Below are positions 1 through 12,497 of a DNA stretch of 64,000 nt, in pieces; position 1 is the first letter of the stretch; the number at the start of each line of letters is the position of its first letter. A program made the position numbers and the translations under genes. Source of the stretch: Lama glama (taxonomy: Eukaryota); contig CM052818.1 of NCBI GenBank assembly GCA_028534125.1, forward strand, positions 39,930,001 through 39,994,000, written 5' to 3'. A model generated the notes under the pieces. It ran no database searches and was not told the DNA's origin. It worked only from the letters and a program-made list of their open reading frames with translations.

Positions 1-239
1 CTCACCCCTTTGAACATGAAAGAGCCTCAGATGCAGATTTCTGTTTGCCCTGGATGTTGCTGCTTCTTCAGTGAAGAGTTCCCACGCGCTTCCCGGGACT
101 TCCCACAATGCCTTGCCTCTTCTTTGACACTAGACAGTGGAAGAAACCAGGAAACAGAGAAGTCATTTTATCATACACTACAAATTGGGACTAAAATGGG
201 AACCCCATAGTATGCCAAGCCTGGATGGATATTTGGAAA

Positions 240-380
240 GCTTTATTTTATAGACGGAAAACTTAGAGGCCCAGAGAGAGGTTGTAACCTGCCCAAAGTA
301 ACACAGTGAATTGGTGCCAGATTAATTAGATTTAGAAGATCAGATTTTCTTTATCTGCTGACTCTTAGCCAAAGTTCTTT
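240..380 (-). mobile_element. MIR SINE fragment
   Basis: ttattttatagacggaaaacttagaggcccagagagaggttgtaacctgcccaaagtaacacag resembles the reverse complement of the MIR core. Confidence 0.75.
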
Positions 381-1789
381 ATACGTATCACTCTCCCTCC
401 TCCGTAGTTGTTATTTAGAGGTCTTTTTTTACAGCTAATATTCTCTTTTTGCACCCAGCAGCTTTGAGCTACTACAGAGGTAAATATCTCCTTCTCCACG
501 CCACTCCTTTGCTCAAAGAAATCCAGTGGACTGCTGCTGCAGAGGAGATCAAGCAGTTTGGGTTCTGAGGCTGAGGGTAGTCTTGGCCTTGGTTGGCCAA
601 AACAAAGGACAAGTTGAAAATCAGCTTGTGCCAGGCAGATGGCGACAGGCCTGCAAAGCAGGAATAGGCCCAGCTATGACCCCTGGAGGAAGGGAAATAT
701 ACTAATATTTAGTGCATGGAAATGAAAAAAGGCTTAGAAGTTCTTTTTCCCTATATGACATTCCCTAAGAAATCAGCCAGGATTACATTTTAAAAAAAGT
801 ATTAAAATAGTCAAAGAGATGAGCATCAGCTTGATTTAATTTATTTGCATAGCACAGTTTCAACTAACTAGAAACTGACTACGGATAACTCAGGACAGCT
901 GGTAACACCTTCAGTTCAGAGGCCTGCACAGCATAAGTGACAACCTCATAAAGGCAGCTTAGTCTACCTGGGGCACTCTGGATTCATCTTAAATTCCTTT
1001 CTAGGTCAAAAGTCTAAGTCAGTGAGCACCACACTGCTACTCAGAAACATGTCCCTGGGATACAGGAAAACCTGGAATTGTTAAACACACACACACACAC
1101 AAAACTCCTTTGGACTCACTTTAGCTGGAAGTGATATAAAAATAGGTATAGTAATTTCAGGACATTAACCACATGTAAATATCTTGATGAAAGCAACCAA
1201 AGTTTACAGTTATTACAGATCAGTGCTTAGTGATCTCTCCCTTGATTTTTAGAATAGGCCCTCCCATGGCCTTGGCCCTTGGTGCAAGAATGATAGTCCC
1301 AGCTTAGCTACTCTTCCCTTGAGCATGGCAGTTCAGAGTGATGCAGCCCAAATTCATCATGTTAGTCTACACAAGTCACTTAACACAACACCCAGATTAT
1401 TTAAGAATTTAGTAAATATCTATCATTAATCTTGTTGTACTAGCCTCAGGTTGTCATCATCACCGTCACCATCATCATCATTACCATTTATTTAACCCTT
1501 GTGACAACCTTGTCAATTCCTTAATGAGAAAAAACCAAAAGCCAACCTCACACTTGGAACTAGTAAATATATTATTTATAGTTTGTCTCACAAGACAAAG
1601 TCTATATTAACTGTCTGTAAAAAAGAACCTCAGTTAAATTTCAGAGAATTCACTCAGCATGTTGAAAATATTCCTGTTCGTTATCTTCATAAATGTTATA
1701 CTTAAAAATGTCCTTGGATGAGGTAACAGGCATCTGAGCACCACAGTCAGAAAACGCTGCCTTGACCAGGCTCCTTTCTGCCTGGGGGT

Positions 1790-1945
1790 CTTCTACCCCT
1801 CAAGTATACACATCTTGTCTTTCGTATTATGCGGTGACCTCTTTGAGGAGATAAATCTCATCCTTTTTTTTTTTCCACCTCTATTACAGCATCTGATGCT
1901 GGGCTCAGTATGTAGTAGGCATTAGGGAAAACTCGGCAATGAATG
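1790..1945 (+). mobile_element. L2 LINE 3' end fragment
   Basis: ctctttgaggagataaatctcatcc...gctcagtatgtagtaggcatta...aatgaatgga resembles the L2 3' terminus. Confidence 0.55.
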
Positions 1946-4397
1946 GACAATTTTGAGAGCCACTGGGATTTTGGCTGGACCAGAGATGTCTTCACTGAAT
2001 TGAATGTGAAGACTGTTGATAATCCTCTGTGCCCGTCCAGTCATCCAATTCTATAAAACCTCATTTCATTTCAGCACTCACAGAAACACACTTGATATGG
2101 GTGAATGTGCATATAGACAAATACACACACCTTTGCATGCGTGTGCATCTCAGTGCTGTCAAGTGTGGACAGTCACCTCTTTTGCATCTGAAACTAGCCC
2201 TACCTCCCCCGCGATCCATGCTCCCAGCCGGGCACACTGCGCACAGACACACCAGCACAGACACGGCCACCACTACAGGACAGCGCCTGTATACGTGTGT
2301 GCTGCGTGCACACATGCCCCGGCACACACTCTAGATGCCTTTGGAGCTGGGACTGAGGCAGGAAGCACCCTGAATCCTGGCCGGGGTGGCAGTCACAACA
2401 CATCACATAAAAGAAAAAAATTCAGTCTATCCACTGGAGACTGTAGTTCGACTTTAACGTTTTAAAGGACCTCAAATCCTGACTCCTCTCTGACTTTGCT
2501 CAGGGCTAGTTCCTGAACAATACAGAAATTGTCAGGATCAATGGGAAAAGTGCACGATGTTCTCTAAGTGCCTTTAGGAGCTGCATCTCAAACTCCCAAG
2601 ACAATATTACTATTGTCTCCGAGGCTCAAGCCAGTCATTTTATCTTTGAGGAAGTTTATTCCTAGATAGAGATCTTCATAACACCAGCTGAAAGTGGAGG
2701 CATTGACAGGCTGGCTGGCCTTTATTGCTGCTGTATAAGAGAACCATTTCAAAGCTGGATGAGTTTTCTGCTCCATAAATACAGCCACTTACCCTGGTCA
2801 GGCCATCTTCCTTTCTAGAAAGCTCAAGCCTTAGGAATCAACCCAGTTAACAGGCAGAATCCACACAGCTATAAAGGCCAATGGGAAGGGAGAGGGTTTA
2901 AACTTTAACTTCTTCAGACATCATGGGACCATCACAAAAATGAATCAGAAACACCCACTGAGAACATTTTTCACAGTCACCGTGCAGATGACAGATGATA
3001 AGAAATGTTAGTAAAGGTGGAAAGTTCTCTACTGATAGCATCTTAGAACTGTGTGCATGGAGACTGTCTCAGGAGTTTGCCGGGGTGTTCACATCGCTGG
3101 CTTCCTTCTGACCTACAGAAACAGAAAGAAAAATGCATCCAGAAAACACTGTTAGGAGACATTCTTGCCCCCCCCACCGGCCCCCATCCTGATTCTGGAA
3201 TGCTGAATCCAAAGGGCCCAACCCAGTACTTCTTTTACAGAAGAAGAATCAAGAAAATGCAAAGAGAGGGACTTATAGTGACCCTGTAACGTAGGAGCCT
3301 AGTGAAATATTTTACTCAAAGCCTCAGACCCTCATTTTAGGGTTTTTATTTCTTTGTTTTCCCACCAGGCCGTGCTATTTCTCTCTCTCATTTAATCCTC
3401 CCCTATGACCGATGGAAATTAGGCATCTTTCCAGTGAAAACAATTGCTAACTCAGTCTCATTTTGCACCTTAAGCTTTAATTTATTCTCACTTTTACTAT
3501 AATGATTTGTGTAGGATTTGAATTAACTCTTGAATGAATTTGATGGGGGAGCAAGTAAAAATGAATTAGCTTGTGATATAGAAAGAGGTCATTTATCCTC
3601 GAGACCTGAGGGCCTTTGGAACAGGATTTTTAAGACAGTGAGAAAAAGGATGTTCTTTTGACTTCCCTTTGCTCCAAATGTGGATGGATCAACTTTCCAG
3701 CATCTCTACCAGGTCAGGTGGCTGCAGCACCACGTGCAGAAGCATGTGTGGCTGGGAATATTCTGGGGTTTTCCACGAACCTATCCCTGAGTTGCCCTAG
3801 CAACCTGGAAAAGAAGCTCCCCTCTTTGAGGTAGTGGGTCAGTTTTCTGACACCACTCCCACCAACTCCCAGGTAAATGAGTTCATCTCCCAAAAGGGGA
3901 ATCTCTTTTCCAGGATGCCAGATATCATTTGGCACTCATCGGGTGGTTCCAAAAACCTGTCACGGGCTAATTGCAAATCTACTCGTTCAAATGAAGATTC
4001 GCATGAATGGAGATTGTCACCAGCTCCTAGTTCTCAGTACCACTGGACTGACCTGGGGTATGGGTTATTTTGGAGAAGATAGTCCTTTGTTTTCTGAACT
4101 CTTCTGTGGTCCATACCCATGACTCCACACCCATGCAGGGGCCTTTGGTGCCTCCCCGAGTGTCTCAGCCCTGAGAAAACCACAGGGCTCATCCTCCTCA
4201 TCTTTTTAGTCTGGACGTTGGGGGGCTGTTTTTGCCACCCGAATCCTTCACTTTACCCTCCGTGGATGTGGCTTCTACTCAGGGGTTCAAGGGTGTGGCT
4301 AATCTCCAACACCAGAAGCTACTCTAGATACTGATGTGTTAGGAGCTCAAATCGTTGGCTGATCTCTCTTCCTTCCTTCCTTTCTTTCTCTAATATT

Positions 4398-4520
4398 TAT
4401 TTCCATTTTACAGATAAAAAACAGTTCCCACATAGAAAGACCTTGTCATGGTCACAGCCTTGTGAAATAGGCAAAGGGAAGAAAGCATGTGTTCAGCCCC
4501 TGAAACCAGGGTTTATTTCA
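4398..4520 (-). mobile_element. MIR fragment
   Basis: ttccattttacagataaaaaaca...ccttgtcatggtcacagc matches the MIR core in reverse orientation. Confidence 0.6.
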
Positions 4521-4575
4521 TGAGGTGAGCGTGGGTTCCATGGAACCTCCTTCTTCCTGGGGACCTGTCTAAAGC

Positions 4576-4860
4576 AGCTGTTTCCCCAACTGTATTCTTT
4601 AATATGTCACTTGAGAACACAAGATTTTTGAGAACCCTGTGAAAAGGGGTTCAGCGATCAGATGAGCTTAGAAAGAGCTGCCTGTTAAGCCTCTTGGAAA
4701 TTTACAGCACTCCCTGAGAGAGCCTACAAAATGAAAAACCTCTTTAAATTTGTTTAACTCAGAATTTCCTGAATATTTCCCCGTGAGAACTTTTCCCCAC
4801 AGAATACCTGTTACTGCGTCACATAATCAGTATTCTGCACCTTACATTTTGTGAAGCCCC
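4576..4860. mobile_element. hAT-Charlie non-autonomous DNA transposon (MER103-like)
   Basis: Starts ctgtttccccaactgtattc; contains gtgaaaaggggttcagcgatcagatgagcttagaaag and the partly complementary tttgtttaactcagaatttcctgaa...cagaatacctgttac, like the quasi-palindromic MER103 layout. Confidence 0.5.
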
Positions 4861-4914
4861 ACATTTTGTGGAGCCTTCTCAGGGCTCCTTGGAGAGGTAG
4901 ACTTTACTGTGCTT

Positions 4915-5040
4915 TTAAATTGTGCATGTTTATCATTTGAGGCAAGGGTCACAGATACCATTTCAGTGAGTCCTCTCAGCACCTTGGAGGTAGGTACTAG
5001 TTGTGCAACCAGTGGTCAGTTAATAATTAATATTTGTTAT
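4915..5040 (+). mobile_element. L2 3' end fragment
   Basis: tttgaggcaagggtcacaga...ctcagcacctt...taataattaatatttgtt resembles the L2 terminus. Confidence 0.5.
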
Positions 5041-5077
5041 CTACTATGGGCATGGCTCCAGGGCGGGTTTCTTTTTC

Positions 5078-5200
5078 TCCCCATTTTATGGATTGGGAAA
5101 GTGAGGCCCAGAAAAGTTAAATAATCTATCAGAGTCACACGACCTGCAGGTAGCAGAACCAGCAATAAAGCTCAGTTTCTTTAATTCCCAATCTACGGTT
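5078..5200 (-). mobile_element. MIR fragment
   Basis: cccattttatggattgggaaagtgaggcccagaaaagttaaataatctatcagagtcacac matches the MIR core. Confidence 0.75.
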
Positions 5201-6703
5201 GTATCCACTTTTCCAGACAGCAGATAAGTTTCTACTGTCATCCTTGCCCCAGCATCACTCTTAAGGTTCAGAACCGGGTTGCTGAAGAAGTCCTCGTTAT
5301 GAACCTCAGGGAGATTCTTGCCTTTTCTCATCTTCCACCCTATGCTGTCTCCACTTCCGGGTCTGAGGTCAGGGAATGAGGTTGGTGAGTTACTTTCTAG
5401 GTAGAGAGGCCCCCTCAGATGTGGGGAAATGAGATCATGTCCGCACAGGACTCAGAGCCGCAGTCACCTTTGCATTTGCATATCCCAAAAATGGAGAACA
5501 AGACTGCTCAATTCAAGACCTCTGAATCCCCCTGTCCTTGGCTCCTTCACAGGAGATCCTCCTCCTTCAGGGCGATCATTCTAAATGGGTGCCCAGGCCA
5601 GTGGGTGTAGGTGGGAGGCCTTTGGACTCTGGCTTCCTGTGCTGTGGTCTAAAACCTGTTCAGTCAAGTAGAATCGTACTGGAATTCTGGGGCTTGTGTA
5701 GGGAGCCCACGGCCAGCTGTTTATTATTTTAAGAACTCTCGGTTGCTGCCCTTAGACATGTGGGAGGAGAGGGGCCAGCCTACTGTGCAAGGTGGCTGCC
5801 ACGTTCTCCTGGGGATGACAGTGTTGCTCTGTATACTCCACACGGCCCCTCGGGCACAGCTACTGCATTCCAGGCTCTACCCAGCCAGAGGAACAGAAGA
5901 GGTTTCAGCTCATCATTATTAAGACAAAGAGTCTCGGCTCCAGCAACCGTTTTCCTCCCTGTCATGTAACCTGTGTGGGGGGAAGATCCCACTGAGGACT
6001 TGAGATGGGGACACACAGCTTCATCAGAGTGATGGGTCAGCTCACTCGCCCACACTAGGCTTTGGGAAACACACTCATGCCTTCTTTACTTCTCAAAATG
6101 TGTCCCTGCCGGGCGCCCCCCACACTAAGAATGTCTCAGTGTCCCACTGGGACATCTGGTATTGCCCAATCCAGCTCAACAGCCCCCCCAGCCATGTCCC
6201 AAGAAGTCAGCGCTGAGGACTTTCAATAAAACAGAGCAATGTCCTGGAGCTGTAAATGCCTCCCAAAGACAATCGGACAGAACTTCATTGTTTTAGGGAA
6301 GAAGGCGCCTCACATAGTGGTCACATTGTGGTTACTGGGGGCCCGGTGATTAATCCACCGAGAGGATGTGCCGGAGAGAGGAGCTGGCATCATTCCTGTA
6401 GACGAAGATTCCTTAAAATTGCATATCTCTGACTGAACATGTGCACCAGAAACACAAGATTTTCATTGTGAAGATTTCTTTGGCAACCTCGTATTCCCAG
6501 TTCTGAGTTGGCATTCAAGTAATTACCTTTTCTTTCTGCACAGGAATACTGTGTTTCTGAAACATGTGTTTCACACTTTAAAATGTACTTACAGTTACAC
6601 ATCTGAAGGTGTGCATTTACTGAGCTTTACGAAATTTCTGAAATAGAAATGGGATATTGAGTGACTGGTACATGCAGAAATTAATGAATTCAGATATTGA
6701 TCT

Positions 6704-6765
6704 GTGTGTGTGTGTGTATATATATATACATATATATGTAGTGTAAATGATTGAATTATTTTAGA

Positions 6766-6807
<42 letters not shown>

Positions 6808-6837
6808 GGTGTAAATGATTGAATTATTTTTAGAATC
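6704..6837. repeat. Compound microsatellite (TG)n(TA)n and (TATC)n with a 28/29-bp direct repeat
   Basis: Read directly: direct repeat copies at 6741-6768 and 6809-6837 flank (TATC)n at 6769-6807. Confidence 0.95.
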
Positions 6838-7034
6838 AGTTTCTCAAAAGCTCTGTGCTAACATCTTTTAAAGGCACTCCAGGGGATTCTGGAAATATCC
6901 ACCAATATCCACCAGGGTTCCTGCCATCTACATAATCACTGCTGGGGCAGGAGTCCTCTCACGAAAAGAGTGTTGCATAGGCCAGCGGTGTACAGGAAGG
7001 GCTGAAACAGAATAGCACGATGTTGTGATGGGCA

Positions 7035-7195
7035 GAAGTCCACAGCTCTGCCCCTTACTGGTACTGGACCTTAGACAATTTCTCTGAGTTTCTGTTTCCT
7101 TATCCAGGTAAGTTTGCTCTGAGGAATAAATCACAGGATATGTATATAAGACACTTTCGCTCATCTAGCCTATTGGAATAACTTGTTAAATGTAA
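7035..7195 (+). mobile_element. MIR fragment
   Basis: cagctctgccccttactggtactggaccttagacaatttctctgagtttctgtttccttatc matches the MIR core. Confidence 0.7.
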
Positions 7196-8209
7196 GTTCA
7201 GTTCAGGATGACATCATAATTTTGGACTGTTGTGGAAATTTTTCCAGTCACAGTCTCAGTGATGACACCTCTCAGGTCAGTTCAGAACCCAGGCAGGAAA
7301 CTGACAGACAGCTCAGTGGGGATGAGACGGGTGCAGTGGGGGAAGTAATGAGGGATTTGTTAATGGACTGGAGATCAGAGGGAGAGAGATCAGTCTCAGA
7401 GAGGTCTTACTCCTATGTTGGATGACTGGGTCTTTAATCTAGATCCTTCACTGTCCAGATTAAACGTATGCTTGAGCCTTTGGGGAAACCCAGGTCGGAG
7501 GGCACTGCCCCTGTCCAGAAGCAAGCCTTTGGCTAGGGCCGAGTGGGATAAGCTGTTGCTTGTTTTCATAACCTACCATCACACAGGACAGGCCTTAAAG
7601 CTCAGAAGACAAAGTAAAGAAAGTTGTGTCCCTTTGTTTTGAGCTCAAAGCCTTTTAGTGCCATCAAATATCTCCTTGTTCCCTTGTTGTGCAACAGGGC
7701 CCACAGCTCTGAATGGAACCTTTTATAACTGAAAATTCCGCAGTTCCATTTGCCCCTGACTCTCTTCCATGCCAAGCGACATCCTCAGAGACTTTGAAGT
7801 TGCATGTTTGAAGGAAGCACAGCCTCATGCACGTCTCCCATCCTGTGTGCCTACCTACAGTGCCAGCCCAGACCCTGGGAGAGCAGTGGCCACCAACTGG
7901 TAGGAGCTGGAGTTAGGGGGCTGGCACTGCCTCACCCTTCAGTCCCCCTGCAGCTGCCCAGGACGGCTTCCTCTGTATCCTGGTTACATATTCACAAAAG
8001 AGGCCGCCTTACCCGGTGTAGACCCAGGTAGCCCCAGTCACATCCTGCCTGCAGTCAGATATGCAGTGTGACTCCACCTCACCAGCAGCTCCTGTTCTCC
8101 TGATTTGTATGTAAGCAGGTTCTGAACAAATACCTCCCTACAGAGACAGCTGGATTAGAAGCGCATCCTAACCCTGGGATTGCTTTGGACCTCCGTAGGG
8201 CAGAAGAGT

Positions 8210-8415
8210 GACAACATTTATCAGGCATATGTGATCTAGCTGGTTACTTGGTTTTCTACTTAATCGTCACAAAACATACTGTAAGGCCATCTTTATTAGG
8301 CAGAGGAGAAAACTAAAGACCAGAGGTTTTGAGGATTTGCCCACATTTTTATGGCTACTAATTGGAGAGATGATATTCAAACCCATGTCTGTTTAACGCC
8401 AAGTTGGGCTCTTTC
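8210..8415 (-). mobile_element. MIR (near full length, diverged)
   Basis: aacatttatc...ttaatcgtcacaaaa...gcagaggagaaaactaaagaccagagg...gatattcaaacccatgtctg. Confidence 0.7.
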
Positions 8416-8984
8416 TTTAAGAGCATGCTTATTTTCACATCCCTTTCCTACTGAGTCTGATTACTGATAAGCCTTCACTGCTGGCCAGTTCCTTGAGAGG
8501 TGTGTCTTGGGCAGACTTGCTCTGACTTGACCTCCTCTAGCTGCTTCCTTTCCTTCTTGGTGATGCGTCGTTTCCTCTGCCCTCCACGGACACCCAGAGT
8601 CCTCTGGTTTTCCTCTTTTCTCCCTCAGTTCCCCAGCCAAATGTGTCTGAGGTCCTTCACTCATGCTACAAAGGCATACAGGATGTTTAGAGAAGGCCCT
8701 CCTATGTGCACACCGTGTGAGCTCAATAGGGGTTTAAAACCACCTGCCCAGAGGAAGGCTGTTGCAGAGTAGGGGTCAGATCTGATTTGTTTTAAAATCC
8801 TGGAGCTCAGCATAGCATTGGACCCATACATAGATATACGGACGAGTGGAGCTCTAAGGGATTAGCTCACTGGTGGAAGAGCCTTTGAGAATATCAGACA
8901 TTTTTCCCTTGCATCTGTGAAGGCATACCACGTTGGCAGATACTCATAAGCTTGTGCTCAATGGCAGTACCCCACTGTGTTAAA

Positions 8985-9252
8985 TTCATTTGTTATCTAC
9001 AGTTTCATTCACCAGTGACTGAGCACTAATTCTCTGTTAAGTTATGAGATTGCAAAATGAAGGAGCTTAGACCCTATTCTTGAAGAGCTCACAATCCAGG
9101 TGAGGGACAGAGTTGATTTTCATTAAGAAACAAGACAGAGAGGAATGGACACCTCTCTCATTCTGAGAAATATATGTAAGAAGACTTCCTTGATGGGATG
9201 GCCTTGAACTGGTACTTGAAGGGTGTAATAAGGAGTAAAAATTGGTAGAGAT
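8985..9252 (-). mobile_element. L2 fragment (left part, interrupted by LTR)
   Basis: ttcattcaccagtgactgagcacta...cttgaagagctcacaatccagg...agacttccttga is the reverse complement of the L2 3' region. Confidence 0.7.
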
Positions 9253-10139
9253 ATTTAAAAGAAAAAACACTATTTTTTCTCTACACTCACACCAATACTT
9301 CTGATACTAGATGTGTGGGGTTTTCCACACCATGTAATTCTTTAATACCTGGTAGGTATCAAGTGGGTGTGCTACAGTTTAAATCAGTTCTGCCACTTTC
9401 TGCCCAGAGTTAGTGCAGACTGCACAGGTTGAGGGATCAGTCCCACAAGACTGCCCCCCACTTCAGATGCCAATTGCAAGTCCCATGTTGTCACTTTGTA
9501 CTTCTGATGGACTGACTGTAAATCTGGGGTTGCCACAACCCCTCCTTTGATTGGATAACTTACTAGAACAGATCATAGAACTCAGGAAAACAGTTTACTT
9601 ACTAGATCACCAGTTCATTATAAAAGGATACAACTCAGGATCCGCCAATTGGCAGAGATGCATAGGGCAAGACAGGAAGGGGCACAGAGCTTCCATGCCC
9701 CCTCTGGGCTCACCACCATCCCAGCACCTTGAGGTGTTCACCAGCCCAAAAGCTCTCCCAACCCTGTTGTTAAGGGTTTTTATGGAGGCTTCATTACATA
9801 GACATGATTGATTAAGTCATTGATCATTCAGTGGTGATCAAACCCAGTCTCCAGCCCCTCTCCCTTGCTCCAGGAAGTTTCGGGGGGTGAGGCTGAAAGA
9901 TACAATCCTCTAATCACATGGTTGGTTTCCTTGGAAACCAGCCCCCCATCTTGAGGGACTTTCCAAAAATCACCTCATTTGTATAAACTCAGGTATGGTT
10001 AAAAAGAACTTATTATTAATAACAAAAGAGCTTCTCTCACCCCTTATCACTCAGGAAATTCCAAGGGTTCTGAAAGCTCTGTGCCAGGAACTGGGAATGA
10101 AGTATATTTCTTATTTCTTTTTAATATCACCACATCACA
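9253..10139 (-). mobile_element. MER21-family solo LTR
   Basis: Minus strand begins TGTGATGTGGTGATATT...CCCAGTTCCTGGCACAGAGCTTTCAGAACCCTTGGAATTTCCTGAGTGATAAGGGG; internal cagtcccacaagactgcccccacttcagatgcca is typical of MER21; about 890 bp. Confidence 0.8.
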
Positions 10140-10300
10140 GCATTCCACGCAGAGGGAACAGAACAATTAAAGCAGAGAAGGTATGAAAAAATCAGTGTTA
10201 GGTGGGCCTGTAACAAAGAATTTTTGTGAGGAGGTGGAAAGAAGCCTGAACAATCGGTAGCAGCCTTGAAATGTTAATGAGTTTGAAACTGTATTAATGT
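10140..10300 (-). mobile_element. L2 fragment (right part, resumes after LTR)
   Basis: gcattccacgcagagggaacagaac is the L2 segment expected next after 8985-9252. Confidence 0.65.
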
Positions 10301-10349
10301 CATGTGGGGGCATAGATGATAATTACACTTTACACCTACAGAAGCTTCT

Positions 10350-10650
10350 ATGAGCAGTAGCTGGGTGCTTTAGTGAATGCTCTCATTAAACCTTTGCTAC
10401 CACCATAAGCTAGGTAGTCTTTTTTTTTTTTAGTGGTTTTTAAAATTTTAATTAATTTTTTAACGGAGGTAGTGGGGATTGAACCCAGTACCTCATGCAT
10501 GCTAAACACACCCTCTGCCGCTGAGCTGTACCCTCCCCCTACAGGTAGTCCTGTTATTTCCAGCCCTTGTGTCAGGAAACTGAAGCCCAGGGGCACACAC
10601 AAGAGTCCAGGGCAGAACTGGAACTATAACCAGATCGTCTGAATCACCAG
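10350..10650 (-). mobile_element. MIR interrupted by younger SINE
   Basis: tctcattaaaccttt...aggtag on the left; gttatttcc...tcaggaaactgaagcccag...cagaactggaac on the right. Confidence 0.6.
10420..10539 (-). mobile_element. tRNA-derived SINE, camelid vic-1-like, with A-rich tail and 8-bp TSD
   Basis: Minus strand GGGGGAGGGTACAGCTCAGCGGCAGAGGGTGTGTTTAGCATGCATGAGGTACTGGGTTCAATCCCCACTACCTCC plus A-rich tail; A box about 10518-10530, B box 10476-10485; AGGTAGTC at 10412-10419 and 10543-10550. Confidence 0.88.
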
Positions 10651-11324
10651 AGATAGGAAAGAGTGACCTCCCTGGAGACTAATCTCTCTGAGGACAAACA
10701 GCTCCTGGATGTAGAGGACCAAGTATCATCTCGAGCCAGTCTTGATTCTTGGACTCAACGAGAATTCCAGCTCTAGATGACCGTGCCAGAATGACAAGCA
10801 CCATTGTACCGGCCTGGATGGCTCATCGTATGGTTCAGATTCTGTGTGTTCAACATTTATGAGACATTGACTCTAGTGGAAACAGAGAATGCATGGAAAA
10901 TGACCTCACTGGCTAAGGGCTGGACTTGAAATGCCTGGCTTGAATCTTGGCCTCACCCACCCTTCCCTCCTTCCTGGCTGCTCCCGTGGCCATGTGGCCC
11001 AATCCCAGGGCCTCTGTAGAGAGGCTTCTGTGCACAGGGTGGTAGCCCCTGGCAGCCCTGTGTATCTGCTTTGCTCCACGGAGGAACTCACCAATTTCAG
11101 TAGCAATCTGCGAGATTATCCAAGGAGACCAAGGTAGAGACATTTATAAGATGTGACCGTATTTCCCTGCTATGAAACAAAACTGGAAGAAAATGATGTG
11201 ACTCACTGAAAAAATTCACAGAAAGGCCCAAATAATTATAAGGGGTGTGGCATTTCCACCTCAATACATTAAGGTAATTTTTTTTTTTTTTGCTGAAAAA
11301 TCATATACCTCCTTTTTTTTCTAC

Positions 11325-11455
11325 CAGCCTTGTGAAATAGGCAAGTATTCTTTTACTCTTTTGAATAGGAGAAATCTGAAACTCAGAGAATGAATGAGAG
11401 GCAAAAGTGAGCTTCCCAACTCGGGTCTTTTTTGGCTTTTATTTCAGTACTTTTC
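11325..11455 (-). mobile_element. MIR fragment
   Basis: cagccttgtgaaataggcaagtattc...ggagaaatctgaaactcagaga. Confidence 0.6.
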
Positions 11456-12497
11456 ATGCTCACTGATGCTGCTTTTCTTGGTCTCCTGAATCACAGTCAA
11501 GTGCTGTCTCTTCTCTGAGACGATGCTGTTGAATTTATTAGCCAAGGTGGTGTTCTGCCTGCTTGCAACAGTTTGACGTTTTTGTTGTTAATGAATAGCA
11601 CCTGTCTGACTTATCAACGACCTTGCCATAGTAGTTTTTAAATATTTTGATTATCGCCTTTTTAATATAAATATTTAATATTTCTGCTACATCAAAAAAT
11701 GTATGGCAGTTTCTAAACATGCCATAAACTAGCCAGATAGCATCTATTACAAGTAGGTAAAGAAGCAAAAAGAAATACCAGGGTAGAAAGATAACTTTGG
11801 GCAGGAATGAGACCAACACAGAAGTGTAACTTATAAGTCAAAACACTTGCTAGAGATGCACTTCTTGTTGGATTCTAAACCTGCGAGGAGCCAATGGCAG
11901 AGAAAAAGCTGACGATTATGTGATATACTATGTCTTCAAGAAAAACCAAATCTAATGCATGTCTGATGCAAAATCATCTTCCTGAGATCCCCTCAAAAAG
12001 AGAGTGCTGTAGCTTAATTAGTACTGCTCCCATGACACCTATAAAATGATCAGAACAATAATGTGTTTCAAGGATCATTTCTAAAGATGACTTTAAACCA
12101 AGAGTCACAATGTCCAGCATTTGCCTTGCGTTGTTTTGTGACCTTCTGAGGATATTTGCCTGGTCTCCCTAGTTAGATAATTTCTGATATCTGATATTTG
12201 AGTCCAAATTTTCCTGGAAAGTTACCAAAAATAATAACTTTTTAAAACTAGGAAAATAAAAGAGTTGAACTATCATTGAAGGAGTGGGAACACAAAGACC
12301 AGCTCCAAGATATCCCATTTCCTACCTGACAGAGCTCCTTCTCCTTATTATGTTCCTTATTCCACAAGACAAGGAAAGCCACATGTCTTCCATTTCCCTC
12401 TGAGCTAACAAGTAGAAAAATCTTATGAATGTTCCTGAAATTCCTGTCAGCTTCAGACAGAAAGTAGTCAGTGAGATTCTTACGCCCATTCATTTGT

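Noticed and set aside
843..850. Octamer ATTTGCAT (also near 5475 and, reversed, near 33987)
   Set aside because: A few copies in 64 kb is chance level; no adjacent snRNA or Ig promoter context
2278..2287. Exact REST/RE1 right half GGACAGCGCC
   Set aside because: No TCAGCACC left half at canonical spacing; lies in low-complexity sequence
2016..2465. 149-aa His/Thr-rich ORF
   Set aside because: Derived from degenerate CA-rich low-complexity sequence
10463..10539. Possible tRNA gene
   Set aside because: A-rich tail, TSD and a degenerate cloverleaf show it is a SINE head
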